A model generated the notes under the pieces. The model was not told the DNA's origin and searched no databases. It was given only the letters and a program-made list of their open reading frames with translations. A stretch of 64,000 nucleotides of DNA from Patescibacteria group bacterium (GTDB taxonomy: Bacteria; Patescibacteriota; Saccharimonadia; UBA4664; SCTI01), in assembly GCA_004297735.1 (NCBI GenBank), contig SCTI01000002.1:192160-256159 (forward strand). The letters are read 5' to 3'. Positions 33,115 to 42,643 of this stretch are shown here, piece by piece. How positions within the stretch are numbered: the stretch's first letter is position 1; every line of letters starts with the position of its first letter. Made by a program: the position numbers and the translations under genes.

Positions 33115-34259
33115 TTATCACTCGTAAATACATAGCCAAGTCGATACGGGAATAGGGCGGGACTAATGCCCCCATTCACGTAGCCGCGGAAGCTTGCCCG
33201 CGCGCCATCAAGTTCGGCGGTAAAGCGAGAGTAGAAATGGTCAGGATAGGCTGAAGAGTACATGCGGTAAAACGGTACACTACCGGCAACATTGGTCGTC
33301 GGTATGTATCCTAGAACACCCTCTCGGGTGTACCCATAACTATCTCTTAAAGTATTGGCTTCACTATCGCCAACAACATATGCGTGATCGTTGCGCGCAC
33401 CTGAATACATCTGAATCAAAGGTGATGTACCGGGTTCGGGGTACAAGTAGACATACCCAGCGATTCCTTCGGCATTATACCCAGTCTGTAAGACATACCC
33501 TGCCGAAGATATTGCAACATCCCGATTTGAGGTACTGGTGGTATAGTAGTGGTCTGAAGTAACATTGTTCCACAGCTGGTATAACGGTATCCGCTCAGCC
33601 ACATAAGGCTCAGGCTCGGGAAGCTCAGCCGCAACATAAGCACAGCGCTTATTCTCCGGGTCGTAAGCCCCTCTCTTAGCAGTACAGTCGGCCAGAGTGT
33701 TACCGCGACGATCGGCCAACTCAACCGGAAAGCTTATGGTATCGTTGATCGAAGCCCCCGCCCCATCAGAAACAATGCTTTGCCAGTTAGCACGCACCGA
33801 CGCACGTAAACGCACATCTGGATTGTTTAAACTAGCCACCACATATGGGCTGCGGGCGACGGTTGAACTAATTGAAACATTATAATTCCCACAATCTGCG
33901 GGAGGGCAGGTGCCGCTACGCAAGTTAAGATTCTGATCAACATAGTAGGCTGCACCCGTCCTTACATTAACCAAACCACTAAATACAGAGGCTGGATCAT
34001 TAAATAGGCTTTGATTTGTGGCGTAAGGATCAGTATCCCTTAGTCTAGACATCTCTCTATCACGCAAAGCGGTTAGCCGCTCAGCCTGAAGTTGAGCAGC
34101 TTGAACCGCTTCGGTACGCTCCCTCGCCTCCACCCCAATCCTGAAAGTTAAGTTAGCCACATTAAGCGCACTAAATATTAATGTCCCCAAAATTGTAATA
34201 GATAGAACAACCTCAATTAAGGTGTCTCCGCGTTGGTGAGAGAGTTTTGGCCAGCGCAT
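33111..34259 (-). CDS. type IV minor pilin with large C-terminal repeat domain (DUF5648-like repeats)
   Basis: QRGDTLIEVVLSITILGTLIF prepilin N-terminus. C-terminal repeats PLYQLWNNVTSDHYYTTSTSNRD...GYVLQTGYNAEGIAGYVY and VPFYRMYSSAYPDHFYSRFTAE. Confidence 0.65.
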   Translation of the reverse strand: MRWPKLSHQRGDTLIEVVLSITILGTLIFSALNVANLTFRIGVEARERTEAVQAAQLQAERLTALRDREMSRLRDTDPYATNQSLFNDPASVFSGLVNVRTGAAYYVDQNLNLRSGTCPPADCGNYNVSISSTVARSPYVVASLNNPDVRLRASVRANWQSIVSDGAGASINDTISFPVELADRRGNTLADCTAKRGAYDPENKRCAYVAAELPEPEPYVAERIPLYQLWNNVTSDHYYTTSTSNRDVAISSAGYVLQTGYNAEGIAGYVYLYPEPGTSPLIQMYSGARNDHAYVVGDSEANTLRDSYGYTREGVLGYIPTTNVAGSVPFYRMYSSAYPDHFYSRFTAELDGARASFRGYVNGGISPALFPYRLGYVFTSDN

Positions 34260-35581
34260 CAGAACGTAATACTCCTAGTAAGCTGGTTATTTTGTGGATT
34301 AACCTGTATCCTTCCAGTTCTTCCCCCGGTATCACCAGTGAACTGCAGGTCGATCTGAATTTGCGCGTTAAAATTTGGATTCTCGACAGTGTAGTTAGCT
34401 GGATTAAGAATATCGTTGGTGAAAGTAGCTGCATATACCTGACCTACCCCCAGCCATGCCAACACCCGGCCAACCCAGGATGGACCAGGCCTAACAACCT
34501 GACTGCTGGCAGGAAGTGTTTTGGGTTTAGGTGTGTTGTAGGTAGTACCGGTAGGGTGACTCAATAAGTACCCAACGGTTTGAATGTCGGAATACTGGCG
34601 AAAAGATGCAAGGGCGCTCAAAATAGCGTTGTAATCTTGTGAGTAAAAATAGTCCGGATAGGTAGAAGAATAAACCTGGTATAGAGGGATTGTGCCCGAA
34701 TAAACCTCCGGCATGATGTAGCCAATGATCCCCTGCGACTGCCATCCTTCAAACGCCAAATCAAAGACCTCAACAATATCCTTAGTGAGGTAGGTTGCCG
34801 TTTTTTGCGGATTATACAACCTGTACAGCGGCACCGAACCTTCGACCGATGTTGTGTATAGATATCCAATTGGATTGCCGCCGTTTTGCAACACATATCC
34901 GGCGGCAATCTTACTATCACGATCGGCCGTATCAACGGTGTAGTAGTGGTGAGAAACGACATTATCCCACAACTGCCATAGGGGCACACGTGTTCCGGCA
35001 GGCGGCGTCGGAGTTGTTGTTGGCGGAGGAGCGCCCTCGGCGGGAGGCCCGGGTGGAGTAGGAGGAGGCGGGGGGCCACTTTGGCCGGTTTCGAGGGCGG
35101 AATTGGTGTAGGCTGTTTGAGGGCAGGTTGATGAGGTGTCAGGATAATTGCCCTGTACAGTAAATATTCTATCTGGCTGGCGTGTAAAAATAATGGCCTG
35201 GCGCTGGGTACCGGAATACTGCATCCCCTGGCTAATGCTCAATGGCGCCTCTTCGCATCTAGACAGCTGCGCTGTTGGGTCGTTATCGGCAGCAATGAGA
35301 GCCGACACTCTAATTTGATTTGGTGTGGCGGGATCAAACTCAAGAATCTTGCCAAATACGGTACTAGTAGATTGGCCGGTTCCTGTCGAGGTTACGCTGC
35401 TAATTGCCTCTGCGCGAACACCTTCTATTTTATTTTTTAGCTGATCCACCTCCGCCATAGAAGCATTTCCATCACGAACACTGCCAATACCGGCAATTAC
35501 AGCCGCAATGAGTAAAGCCGAAATCGCCATAACAATGGTGACTTCAATTAAGGTAAACCCTCTCCTGCCCTGTCCCGTCAT
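34259..35581 (-). CDS. type IV minor pilin with Pro-rich linker and C-terminal DUF5648-like repeats
   Basis: RRGFTLIEVTIVMAISALL prepilin N-terminus; GPPPPPTPPGPPAEGAPPPTTTPTPP linker; repeats VPLWQLWDNVVSHHYYTVDTADRD, VPLYRLYNPQKT, IPLYQVYSSTYPDYFYS. Confidence 0.65.
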   Translation of the reverse strand: MTGQGRRGFTLIEVTIVMAISALLIAAVIAGIGSVRDGNASMAEVDQLKNKIEGVRAEAISSVTSTGTGQSTSTVFGKILEFDPATPNQIRVSALIAADNDPTAQLSRCEEAPLSISQGMQYSGTQRQAIIFTRQPDRIFTVQGNYPDTSSTCPQTAYTNSALETGQSGPPPPPTPPGPPAEGAPPPTTTPTPPAGTRVPLWQLWDNVVSHHYYTVDTADRDSKIAAGYVLQNGGNPIGYLYTTSVEGSVPLYRLYNPQKTATYLTKDIVEVFDLAFEGWQSQGIIGYIMPEVYSGTIPLYQVYSSTYPDYFYSQDYNAILSALASFRQYSDIQTVGYLLSHPTGTTYNTPKPKTLPASSQVVRPGPSWVGRVLAWLGVGQVYAATFTNDILNPANYTVENPNFNAQIQIDLQFTGDTGGRTGRIQVNPQNNQLTRSITF

Positions 35582-35602
35582 AGCTTGATTGTAGCATAAC
35601 CG

Positions 35603-36406
35603 TTATGTTACCAACAGGTATAATCCTGCTGAATTTACATACCAGTGGATAATGTCGCCGCCCCACAAATAAGCCACCGTGGTCCCAGCCATCAAAAAAG
35701 GTCCAAAAGGTATATGGTCAGCCCTTTTTTTGCGTTTTACTAAAATTAGAAACACTCCCACTATGGCAGCAGCATTAAAGGCTACTAGCATGGCAAGAGC
35801 TGTTTTCTGCAAGCCTAATATCAATCCCATTATGAATGCTAGCTTAATATCGCCACCTCCCATCCACCTACCTCTGGATACCGCGGCTAAACTATAAAAA
35901 AAGCCTCCAAATATTAAGCCCGCGAGCAAAGGACCTATTAATACCTGCCAGGAGCCAGCTAAGTACGCATGGATGGCAGCCAATACTAATGCTGGTACGA
36001 TTAACGGCAAAAGTACGCTATCCGGCAACAGATACCACTTAAGGTCGTAGATGGACAGGATAATAAAGCTTGAAAGTATATATAGCCAAATTGCAAAAAG
36101 GGCCAACTCAAGTAAACCGGAAGGATGAAGCGCTAAATAAGATATGGCAAACAATATAGCTGTTGTTAACTCCGACAATGGATATTGGGGTGAAATTGGC
36201 TTTTTACATCCCCTGCACCTTCCCGATTGGGCAAGCCAACTGAATAGCGGTATTAATTCCATAGCGCCAAGCTTTTTATGGCAGTACGGACACTGTGAGC
36301 GCCCCCTTACAAAGTCTTTTCCTGCGTGAAGTCGCTCTACTACTACATTTAGGAAACTCCCAACAAAGAGTCCGCACGCGAACCATATTATCGTTATTAA
36401 AAGCAT
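35603..36406 (-). CDS. pilD: prepilin peptidase (A24 family, PilD)
   Basis: N-terminal CPYCHKKL...CRGCKK zinc-binding tetracysteine; polytopic; 267 aa. Confidence 0.85.
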   Translation of the reverse strand: MLLITIIWFACGLFVGSFLNVVVERLHAGKDFVRGRSQCPYCHKKLGAMELIPLFSWLAQSGRCRGCKKPISPQYPLSELTTAILFAISYLALHPSGLLELALFAIWLYILSSFIILSIYDLKWYLLPDSVLLPLIVPALVLAAIHAYLAGSWQVLIGPLLAGLIFGGFFYSLAAVSRGRWMGGGDIKLAFIMGLILGLQKTALAMLVAFNAAAIVGVFLILVKRKKRADHIPFGPFLMAGTTVAYLWGGDIIHWYVNSAGLYLLVT

Positions 36407-36469
36407 AACAATATTGTATACTAAAAACCGCCCGAAGGCGGTTTTTAGAAAAAATACGTAAGTTGTTTA

Positions 36470-36910
36470 CTACTGGTTGTCTTGGCAGTAGTTCACACCA
36501 CTTTCGAGGCGAGTTACAACAGCGTATCGTCGGTTCTGGCCAGCGGCAGCCTGAGCGGCAGTACCAGCTGCGTTACAAACGTTAGCGGTTAGATATTGAA
36601 TCTGACCGGTAGCGGTTGGTACAGCGACTTGACCCGTATAGGCTGCACCGGTGGTTGGATCAACATCAGTAAATCCGTTTGGAATACTACCGTTTGCTGG
36701 ATAGTTACCGTTAGCATTTGCGGCAGACTGCTCAAGCTGAGATACAAATCGGCCAACTGCGGCGCGCCGTTCTTCGTCGCGGCGTGATTGCTGTGCACCA
36801 CCAACCGCAATCAGAATACCTGCCAGCACTAAGGCCGCAATCGCCAGTACGATGACGATTTCGATCAATGTGAAACCTTGTTTATTTGCTTTTACCATTA
36901 TTTTATTCAC
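36470..36910 (-). CDS. pilA: type IV major pilin (PilA-like)
   Basis: KQGFTLIEIVIVLAIAALVLAGIL class III signal; 146 aa; C-terminal Cys pair (CNAAG...YCQDN) for the disulfide-bonded D-region. Confidence 0.75.
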   Translation of the reverse strand: MNKIMVKANKQGFTLIEIVIVLAIAALVLAGILIAVGGAQQSRRDEERRAAVGRFVSQLEQSAANANGNYPANGSIPNGFTDVDPTTGAAYTGQVAVPTATGQIQYLTANVCNAAGTAAQAAAGQNRRYAVVTRLESGVNYCQDNQ

Positions 36911-36997
36911 CTCCTTAGTGATAGCAAAATTACTACTAATTACTCTTATGTTATCAATACGGTTATGCTTGTCAAGCTTTTTGTTGGTTTGGCTTGA

Positions 36998-38242
36998 CTA
37001 GTTGCCGCCTGGAGCAGGGGTACTGCTGCCAATGTCTCCGGCGCCGACCAGGCTATAAACCGGCCCCAGAACCGCCACCAACACCAAAGCAACTATTACA
37101 CCCAGAACCACCATCATAACCGGCTCAAGTGTGGTGGATAGGTTTTTAACGGCCTCATCAACATCATCCTCGAAATAGCGGGCGCAGCGATCGAGCATAT
37201 CGTCAATAGCCCCTGACTCCTCTCCTACACCAGCCATCTGGGCCACCAAGGGATGGAAGTGCGGCCTACGCTGTAGCGCCTTTGACAGCTCCTTACCGCC
37301 CCTAACATCCTTAATCGATTCGCCTATTTCGGAAGCTATTACTCGGTTTGACACTGCACGTTGAGTCGTCTCCATAGCTTGCAGCATTGGTATTCCGCTT
37401 GCAAGCAAGGTGTTCATTGTTCGACTAAAGCGTGCCATGTAAACCTTTTGAAACAACACTCCAAAAACCGGTATTTTTAACCTCATCCTATCAAGCTCCA
37501 ACCTAACCCTTTCTGTAGCCAAAACCTTTGACCCAAGATAGCCTAAAATGCCGAGCGCAATAAGGGCCGCCCACCAATACCCTAATAGAAAGTCTTTACC
37601 CCAAACCAGAAGCTGCGTATAAATAGGCAGGTCTTTATGCAGGTCTTTGTAAAGTTTTTGTACTTGAGGCACAACCGTAACCAACATAAACCCTACCACC
37701 AAACCAATTACCACCAATACGATAACCGGATAGACTAGGGCGCTACGAATCTTTGAAATGATTGCAGCATCTTTTTCCTGCTGATTAGCCAAACGTAGTA
37801 GAGCCTTATCGAGGGTACCAGATGTTTCGCCGGCAGCTACTAGGGCAATATAAATTTCATTAAAGACTTTTGGGTGTTTTGAAAAAGCATCGGATAGTGT
37901 GGATCCCCCTTCTACCGAAGCTATAACCTCAGCTATAACGCTTTTAAACTTTTTATTTGACAGCTGCTCTTCGGCTGAACGTAAGGCGCGAGTTAGCGGT
38001 AGCCCAGCATTAATCAGGGTTGAGAGCTGGCGCGTAAAAATGACTCTGTCTTTAAGAGTTATCCTCCCACCGAAACCTAAGCGCGATAATATGTTGCTTT
38101 TATCCTCAGGTACAATACTGACCGCAAACAATCCCCTTTCCGCCAATAGCTTAGCGGCAGCCTGGGTACTTTCGGCTTTAACATTCGCCTTAACAACCTC
38201 TCCCGTTTGGCGATTTTTTGCGGTATAAACGTAGGTAATCAC
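36998..38242 (-). CDS. pilC: type IV pilus platform protein PilC (GspF family)
   Basis: 414 aa; two T2SSF repeats (SGTLDKALLRLA..., LLASGIPMLQAMETT...); three TM helices. Confidence 0.85.
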   Translation of the reverse strand: MITYVYTAKNRQTGEVVKANVKAESTQAAAKLLAERGLFAVSIVPEDKSNILSRLGFGGRITLKDRVIFTRQLSTLINAGLPLTRALRSAEEQLSNKKFKSVIAEVIASVEGGSTLSDAFSKHPKVFNEIYIALVAAGETSGTLDKALLRLANQQEKDAAIISKIRSALVYPVIVLVVIGLVVGFMLVTVVPQVQKLYKDLHKDLPIYTQLLVWGKDFLLGYWWAALIALGILGYLGSKVLATERVRLELDRMRLKIPVFGVLFQKVYMARFSRTMNTLLASGIPMLQAMETTQRAVSNRVIASEIGESIKDVRGGKELSKALQRRPHFHPLVAQMAGVGEESGAIDDMLDRCARYFEDDVDEAVKNLSTTLEPVMMVVLGVIVALVLVAVLGPVYSLVGAGDIGSSTPAPGGN

Positions 38243-38245
38243 GTC

Positions 38246-39316
38246 TTAAGCCTTCATTAGGCGGTCAAGCTCTTGCATATCAACAGCAAAGTTCTTGGCC
38301 TCATCATAGGTGATCTTGCCTTCGTGAATCAGCTTGACCAAGGTGGCATCCATAGCCTGCATCCCCTCTTTGCCGCCGGTTTGAATCACCGATTCCAGCT
38401 GATGGGTCTTGCCTTCACGAATAATGTTGCGAGCGGCCGGGGTAACCACAAAGATTTCGGAGGCAGCAATACGACCCCCGCCAATGGTCGGGACCAGGCG
38501 CTGTGAGCAAATCGCCTGCAGCATGCCGGCAACCTGAACTCGAATCTGCTGCTGCTGATGAGGTGGAAACACATCGATCATACGGTCAACCGACTGGGCG
38601 GCGCTGTTGGTATGCAGGGTCGCCAGCACCAAGTGACCGGTCTCAGCTAGGGTAATAGCCGCGCTGATGGTCTCGAGGTCGCGCATCTCACCAACCAGTA
38701 CCACATCGGGGTCTTGGCGCAGGCTTGAGCGCAGGGCGGCGCCAAACGAGTAGGTATCGTAGTGAATCTCACGCTGGACCACAATCGACTTCTTGGAATG
38801 ATGAGCATACTCGATTGGATCCTCAATGGTAATAATGTGCTTTGAGGTGTTGCTGTTAATCTGGTCAACAATTGCCGCCAGCGTGGTCGACTTACCCGAA
38901 CCGGTCGGACCAGTTACCAACACCAAACCTCGGGGATAGTTGGCGAAGGTGCTAACCACCTTTGGCATACCCAGCTCCTCGAGAGTACGAATCTTGGTTG
39001 GAATTAAGCGCATCGCCGCCGCGACATTCCCCTTTTCGTGGAAAGCGTTGACGCGAAAACGACCATAGTCGCCAAAACTAAAGCTAAAGTCGACCTCTTT
39101 GTCTTTTTCAAAAATCTGCTTTTGATCATCATCCATGATCGAATCAACAATCTTGGCGGTGTCGTTGTCATCAAGTACCGGCGTATCATCAACCGGTTTA
39201 AGCGCCCCATCGATGCGCAGCATTGGCGCTAGACCGACTTGAATGTGCAGGTCGGAGGCGTCATGCTTGACCACCTCTTCGAGTAACAGTTCGATTTTGG
39301 GAGTTCGTTTTTCCAT
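38246..39316 (-). CDS. pilT: twitching-motility retraction ATPase PilT
   Basis: 356 aa; Walker A GPTGSGKSTT; Asp box; His box ATLHTNSAAQSVDR; lacks the N-terminal GSPII_E_N domain. Confidence 0.85.
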   Translation of the reverse strand: MEKRTPKIELLLEEVVKHDASDLHIQVGLAPMLRIDGALKPVDDTPVLDDNDTAKIVDSIMDDDQKQIFEKDKEVDFSFSFGDYGRFRVNAFHEKGNVAAAMRLIPTKIRTLEELGMPKVVSTFANYPRGLVLVTGPTGSGKSTTLAAIVDQINSNTSKHIITIEDPIEYAHHSKKSIVVQREIHYDTYSFGAALRSSLRQDPDVVLVGEMRDLETISAAITLAETGHLVLATLHTNSAAQSVDRMIDVFPPHQQQQIRVQVAGMLQAICSQRLVPTIGGGRIAASEIFVVTPAARNIIREGKTHQLESVIQTGGKEGMQAMDATLVKLIHEGKITYDEAKNFAVDMQELDRLMKA

Positions 39317-39326
39317 ATGATTCCTT

Positions 39327-41099
39327 TTAGAAGTCCGATGCCACCCGCGCTACCTCGCTCAGCGTGGTAACACCGTTGAGCACCTTAAGGTAGCCATCTT
39401 GCTTCATTGTGACCATGCCCTGCTCCTGAGCCAGGTTCTGCACCTGAGTGGTAGTTGCCTGGCTGGTAAGCAGCTTCTCCATCTCTGGCGTCATGGCAAA
39501 GACCTCGTAGATACCGACTCGACCTTTGTAGCCGTCTTTACAGTCCTTGCATCCTTGGCCCTCAAATAAAGTATAAGCGTTTTGACCGGGAGAGGGCAAG
39601 ACATCATAGCCAATATCTTTTTTGGCTTGATCGGGATCCTTCTTTACCCGCTCGATAATAGCCGACAAGGTCTTGTTGATCGACTCGGCTTCGGCCTGGG
39701 TGGCTTTGCGCTCTTTCTTGCAGGTCGGGCACACCCGCCGCACCAAACGCTGGCCAATCACGGTGTTAACGGTTGAACCCACCAGGAATGGCTCCACCTT
39801 CATGTCGAGCAGACGCGGCAGCACTCCGGCGGCGCTGTTGGTGTGAATGGTCGACAGCACGATGTGGCCGGTCAAAGCCGCCTGAACCGCCAAGTTGGCG
39901 GTCTCGCCGTCGCGAATCTCCCCCACCATCACCACGTTAGGGTCCTGGCGCAGGATTGAACGCAGTCCGCTGGCAAAGGTCAGCCCTACATCGGAATTAA
40001 CCTGAATCTGGTTGATTCCATCCATTTTGTATTCAACCGGGTCTTCAAGAGTGACAATATTAACCTTAACGTCCTTAATTTCCATGATTGAGGCATACAG
40101 TGTGGTCGACTTACCGGAACCGGTCGGTCCGGTGGCTAAGACCATGCCGTGTGGCTTGTGAATACCCTCCTTGATTCGCTGATAAGCAATTCCAGAAAAA
40201 CCAAGGTTTTCCAAGGTCAACAGTGTGTTGTCCTTATCGAGCAGTCGGATAACCACCTGCTCGCCAAAGGTGATTGGGGCAATAGCAATACGCAAGTCAA
40301 CAAACTTTTTGCCAGCATGAACCTGAAAACTACCGTCTTGCGGAATGCGATGTTCATCGATTTTGAGATTAGACAGAATCTTAATGCGCGAAATTAGGGC
40401 CGGCTCAATGCTCTTGGGTAGCTTCATTGTCTCTTGCAGTACGCCATCGATGCGAAAGCGAATACGCAGATCTTTTTCGCGTGGCTCAATGTGAATATCG
40501 GAGGCCCGGCTGTTAACGGCGTATTCCAAAATAGTACTAAGCGCGCGACTGATTGGCGCATCTTGTACCAAGGTTTGAATCGAAGTTGTTCCCTCTCTCT
40601 TAGCGTCAGCCAGGTTTTCAGCATCAACGGTTTGAATCGCCTTTTTGATGTCACCCGAGATTTCGGCACTGTACTGCAGCAACACCGCATCAATGCTGGC
40701 TTGCGAGGCCATAAAGGTCACAATCTGCTCGCCAACCTTGCGGCTAAGGAAGTCGACTGCCTGGATGTTGGTCGGGTCCAGCATAGCCACCGCTAAGCGA
40801 CCCTGCACGCGCCCAAACGGCACGCTGTGGTAGCCCTCTGCTACTTCGCGATTAAGCCGATTGAGGACATCAGCGGAAACTACAACTCCAGCCAGGTTAA
40901 CGTACTGCAAGCCGTTCGCCATGGCCTGGTATCGAACCATGGTCTCCTCGTCAATGATGCCGGCTTTCTGAATAACAGCCAAGAGGGGCTCATTATCTTG
41001 AATTGCCTGAAGTTTAAAATCATCGAGCTGCTTCGAAGTTAGCACGTTGCGTTCAAGCAGCAGCTCTTCTAAGTTTTGCTGGGTTTTAGCCGAAAGCAT
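39327..41099 (-). CDS. pilB: type IV pilus assembly (extension) ATPase PilB/GspE
   Basis: 590 aa; N-terminal GspE_N-like region; Walker A GPTGSGKSTTLYA; tetracysteine CPTCK...CKDCK; His box STIHTNSAAG. Confidence 0.85.
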   Translation of the reverse strand: MLSAKTQQNLEELLLERNVLTSKQLDDFKLQAIQDNEPLLAVIQKAGIIDEETMVRYQAMANGLQYVNLAGVVVSADVLNRLNREVAEGYHSVPFGRVQGRLAVAMLDPTNIQAVDFLSRKVGEQIVTFMASQASIDAVLLQYSAEISGDIKKAIQTVDAENLADAKREGTTSIQTLVQDAPISRALSTILEYAVNSRASDIHIEPREKDLRIRFRIDGVLQETMKLPKSIEPALISRIKILSNLKIDEHRIPQDGSFQVHAGKKFVDLRIAIAPITFGEQVVIRLLDKDNTLLTLENLGFSGIAYQRIKEGIHKPHGMVLATGPTGSGKSTTLYASIMEIKDVKVNIVTLEDPVEYKMDGINQIQVNSDVGLTFASGLRSILRQDPNVVMVGEIRDGETANLAVQAALTGHIVLSTIHTNSAAGVLPRLLDMKVEPFLVGSTVNTVIGQRLVRRVCPTCKKERKATQAEAESINKTLSAIIERVKKDPDQAKKDIGYDVLPSPGQNAYTLFEGQGCKDCKDGYKGRVGIYEVFAMTPEMEKLLTSQATTTQVQNLAQEQGMVTMKQDGYLKVLNGVTTLSEVARVASDF

Positions 41100-41113
41100 T
41101 TCCGCCCCCGATA

Positions 41114-41377
41114 CTACAGTCCGCCAAATGGCGACCGGTTACCAACGCCATTCTTCAGATCTGGCTTGGCATAAAAGTTCTTAGCCTCATTAGCATCTTT
41201 TAACTTACTCATTGCACTACTGCTGTAGTCCGACTCAATCATGGTAATAACCTCGTAAGTCATCCCCTTGTTTGCTGCGGCTCCCTTTTTAGGTGTAAGT
41301 TGAGTGAAAATAAGCAGGCCGGCCACAAACAGTATGGCAATCGCAACAAAGAGCTGAATAATTTGTTTGGTCTTCAT
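41114..41377 (-). CDS. hypothetical small membrane-anchored protein within pil operon
   Basis: 87 aa with an N-terminal TM; position equivalent to a PilP-like component but no motif support. Confidence 0.35.
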   Translation of the reverse strand: MKTKQIIQLFVAIAILFVAGLLIFTQLTPKKGAAANKGMTYEVITMIESDYSSSAMSKLKDANEAKNFYAKPDLKNGVGNRSPFGGL

Positions 41378-42069
41378 TATTGCACCACCTTCTCTTTATC
41401 ACTGTAGTCGGCCTCGCCCTGATAGAAAGTCTCGAGCGTGATATCTCCCTTGAGGGAACCGCTGTTGCCTTTTAGGTTGAACGACTGGACCCTGATCGGG
41501 CGCACCGACAGCTCAAGATTGCGGAAGTACTGAGTAAATTGTGAGTAGTTACCCTCAATTACGGCTGCCGCCTTAACCGACTGGGGAGCATTATTTGCCG
41601 ACTGCTGACCACTACTATCCTGAGTCGTTGCTACTGCCGGCTGAGCTGAAGCGGCTGCACTTGAACCGGTTGTACTCGCATCGGTTAAGATGTTGGTTAT
41701 TGATTTCATCCTGGTACCCGCGCTAGTGTTAGCGGTCTCCATTAAGCTCATTAGCTGAGTGAAGTCAGGACTGTCGGGAAGCGCAGCCTCGATTAAATCT
41801 TTGTCTTGGCTGCTCATTCTGCCGTAGTTATCAACTAGGGAATGAGCATTTTCTAACTTTTTACCAATTTCTGACTGAGCCTTCAATTTACCCACTAAAA
41901 CCTGCCCGTTACGAATATTCTCCTTAACCATAACGTAGCCAAAGTAGCCACCAGCAAAAATCACCAATATAGTAATAGCTGCCATCGCCATTATGTAATT
42001 AGTCACTGAAAGCTCTTTCCTGGATTCAATATGCTTAGCGGTTTTAGCTTGCGCTTGCTTAGTTGCCAT
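41377..42069 (-). CDS. pilO: type IV pilus assembly protein PilO-like
   Basis: 230 aa, single N-terminal TM plus coiled-coil and a periplasmic-type domain. Position after pilN, with overlapping stops and starts. Confidence 0.55.
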   Translation of the reverse strand: MATKQAQAKTAKHIESRKELSVTNYIMAMAAITILVIFAGGYFGYVMVKENIRNGQVLVGKLKAQSEIGKKLENAHSLVDNYGRMSSQDKDLIEAALPDSPDFTQLMSLMETANTSAGTRMKSITNILTDASTTGSSAAASAQPAVATTQDSSGQQSANNAPQSVKAAAVIEGNYSQFTQYFRNLELSVRPIRVQSFNLKGNSGSLKGDITLETFYQGEADYSDKEKVVQ

Positions 42070-42643
42070 TGGTCACCTCTTCCGCTAACTGAGCAGTTAG
42101 CTCAAAGCTAATTTTGCCGTCTTCCTCTGAGGCAGAATTTACAGTTACCTGAGTGAATAGTGGGTTGTTTGTGCTTGAAGCATTCGGCCCAATTTCAATA
42201 TTTGCCGCCTCAAAAGCCTTAACCATCTTATCAACCAAGGCATAATTCCTTGATTCGCCGTTAATTTTTAGCAGGGTTGTGCCAGAAAGTTCAATCTGCG
42301 CAATGCGAATTCCCTGTGGTTGAAACTCCTCTAATATGGCAAAGAAGCGGCTAATGCGAACCTTCTTGCTAACCAATTCCTCCCAGCTGTTAAGGTGATA
42401 CTGAGCGGTAACCGCTTTCTTAAGATCGGGAATATTGTTAATTTCATTTTGCTTAGACTTAATGTCATTCGAGGCTAGTGCAATAGCCCCCTTTTGGGCG
42501 CCAAGGATTAGCAGCATGACTAAAACGAAACCGCCAACAGCGATACTGGTTATGGTTGCAACCGAAGCTGCAATTCGCTTGTTGCGCTTGTCGCTTTGGT
42601 GTTTTTGATAAACCTCTGGAGCAAGGTTAATTCGAGCGCTCAT
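42059..42643 (-). CDS. pilN: type IV pilus assembly protein PilN
   Basis: MSARINLAPEVYQK (INLLP-like start), single TM, 194 aa; 4-bp overlap with pilM. Confidence 0.65.
   Translation of the reverse strand: MSARINLAPEVYQKHQSDKRNKRIAASVATITSIAVGGFVLVMLLILGAQKGAIALASNDIKSKQNEINNIPDLKKAVTAQYHLNSWEELVSKKVRISRFFAILEEFQPQGIRIAQIELSGTTLLKINGESRNYALVDKMVKAFEAANIEIGPNASSTNNPLFTQVTVNSASEEDGKISFELTAQLAEEVTNGN

Noticed and set aside
34618-35079. 153-aa and 88-aa ORFs overlapping the 440-aa minor pilin gene.
   Set aside because: They lie within a CDS that has a clear prepilin signal and repeat domains.
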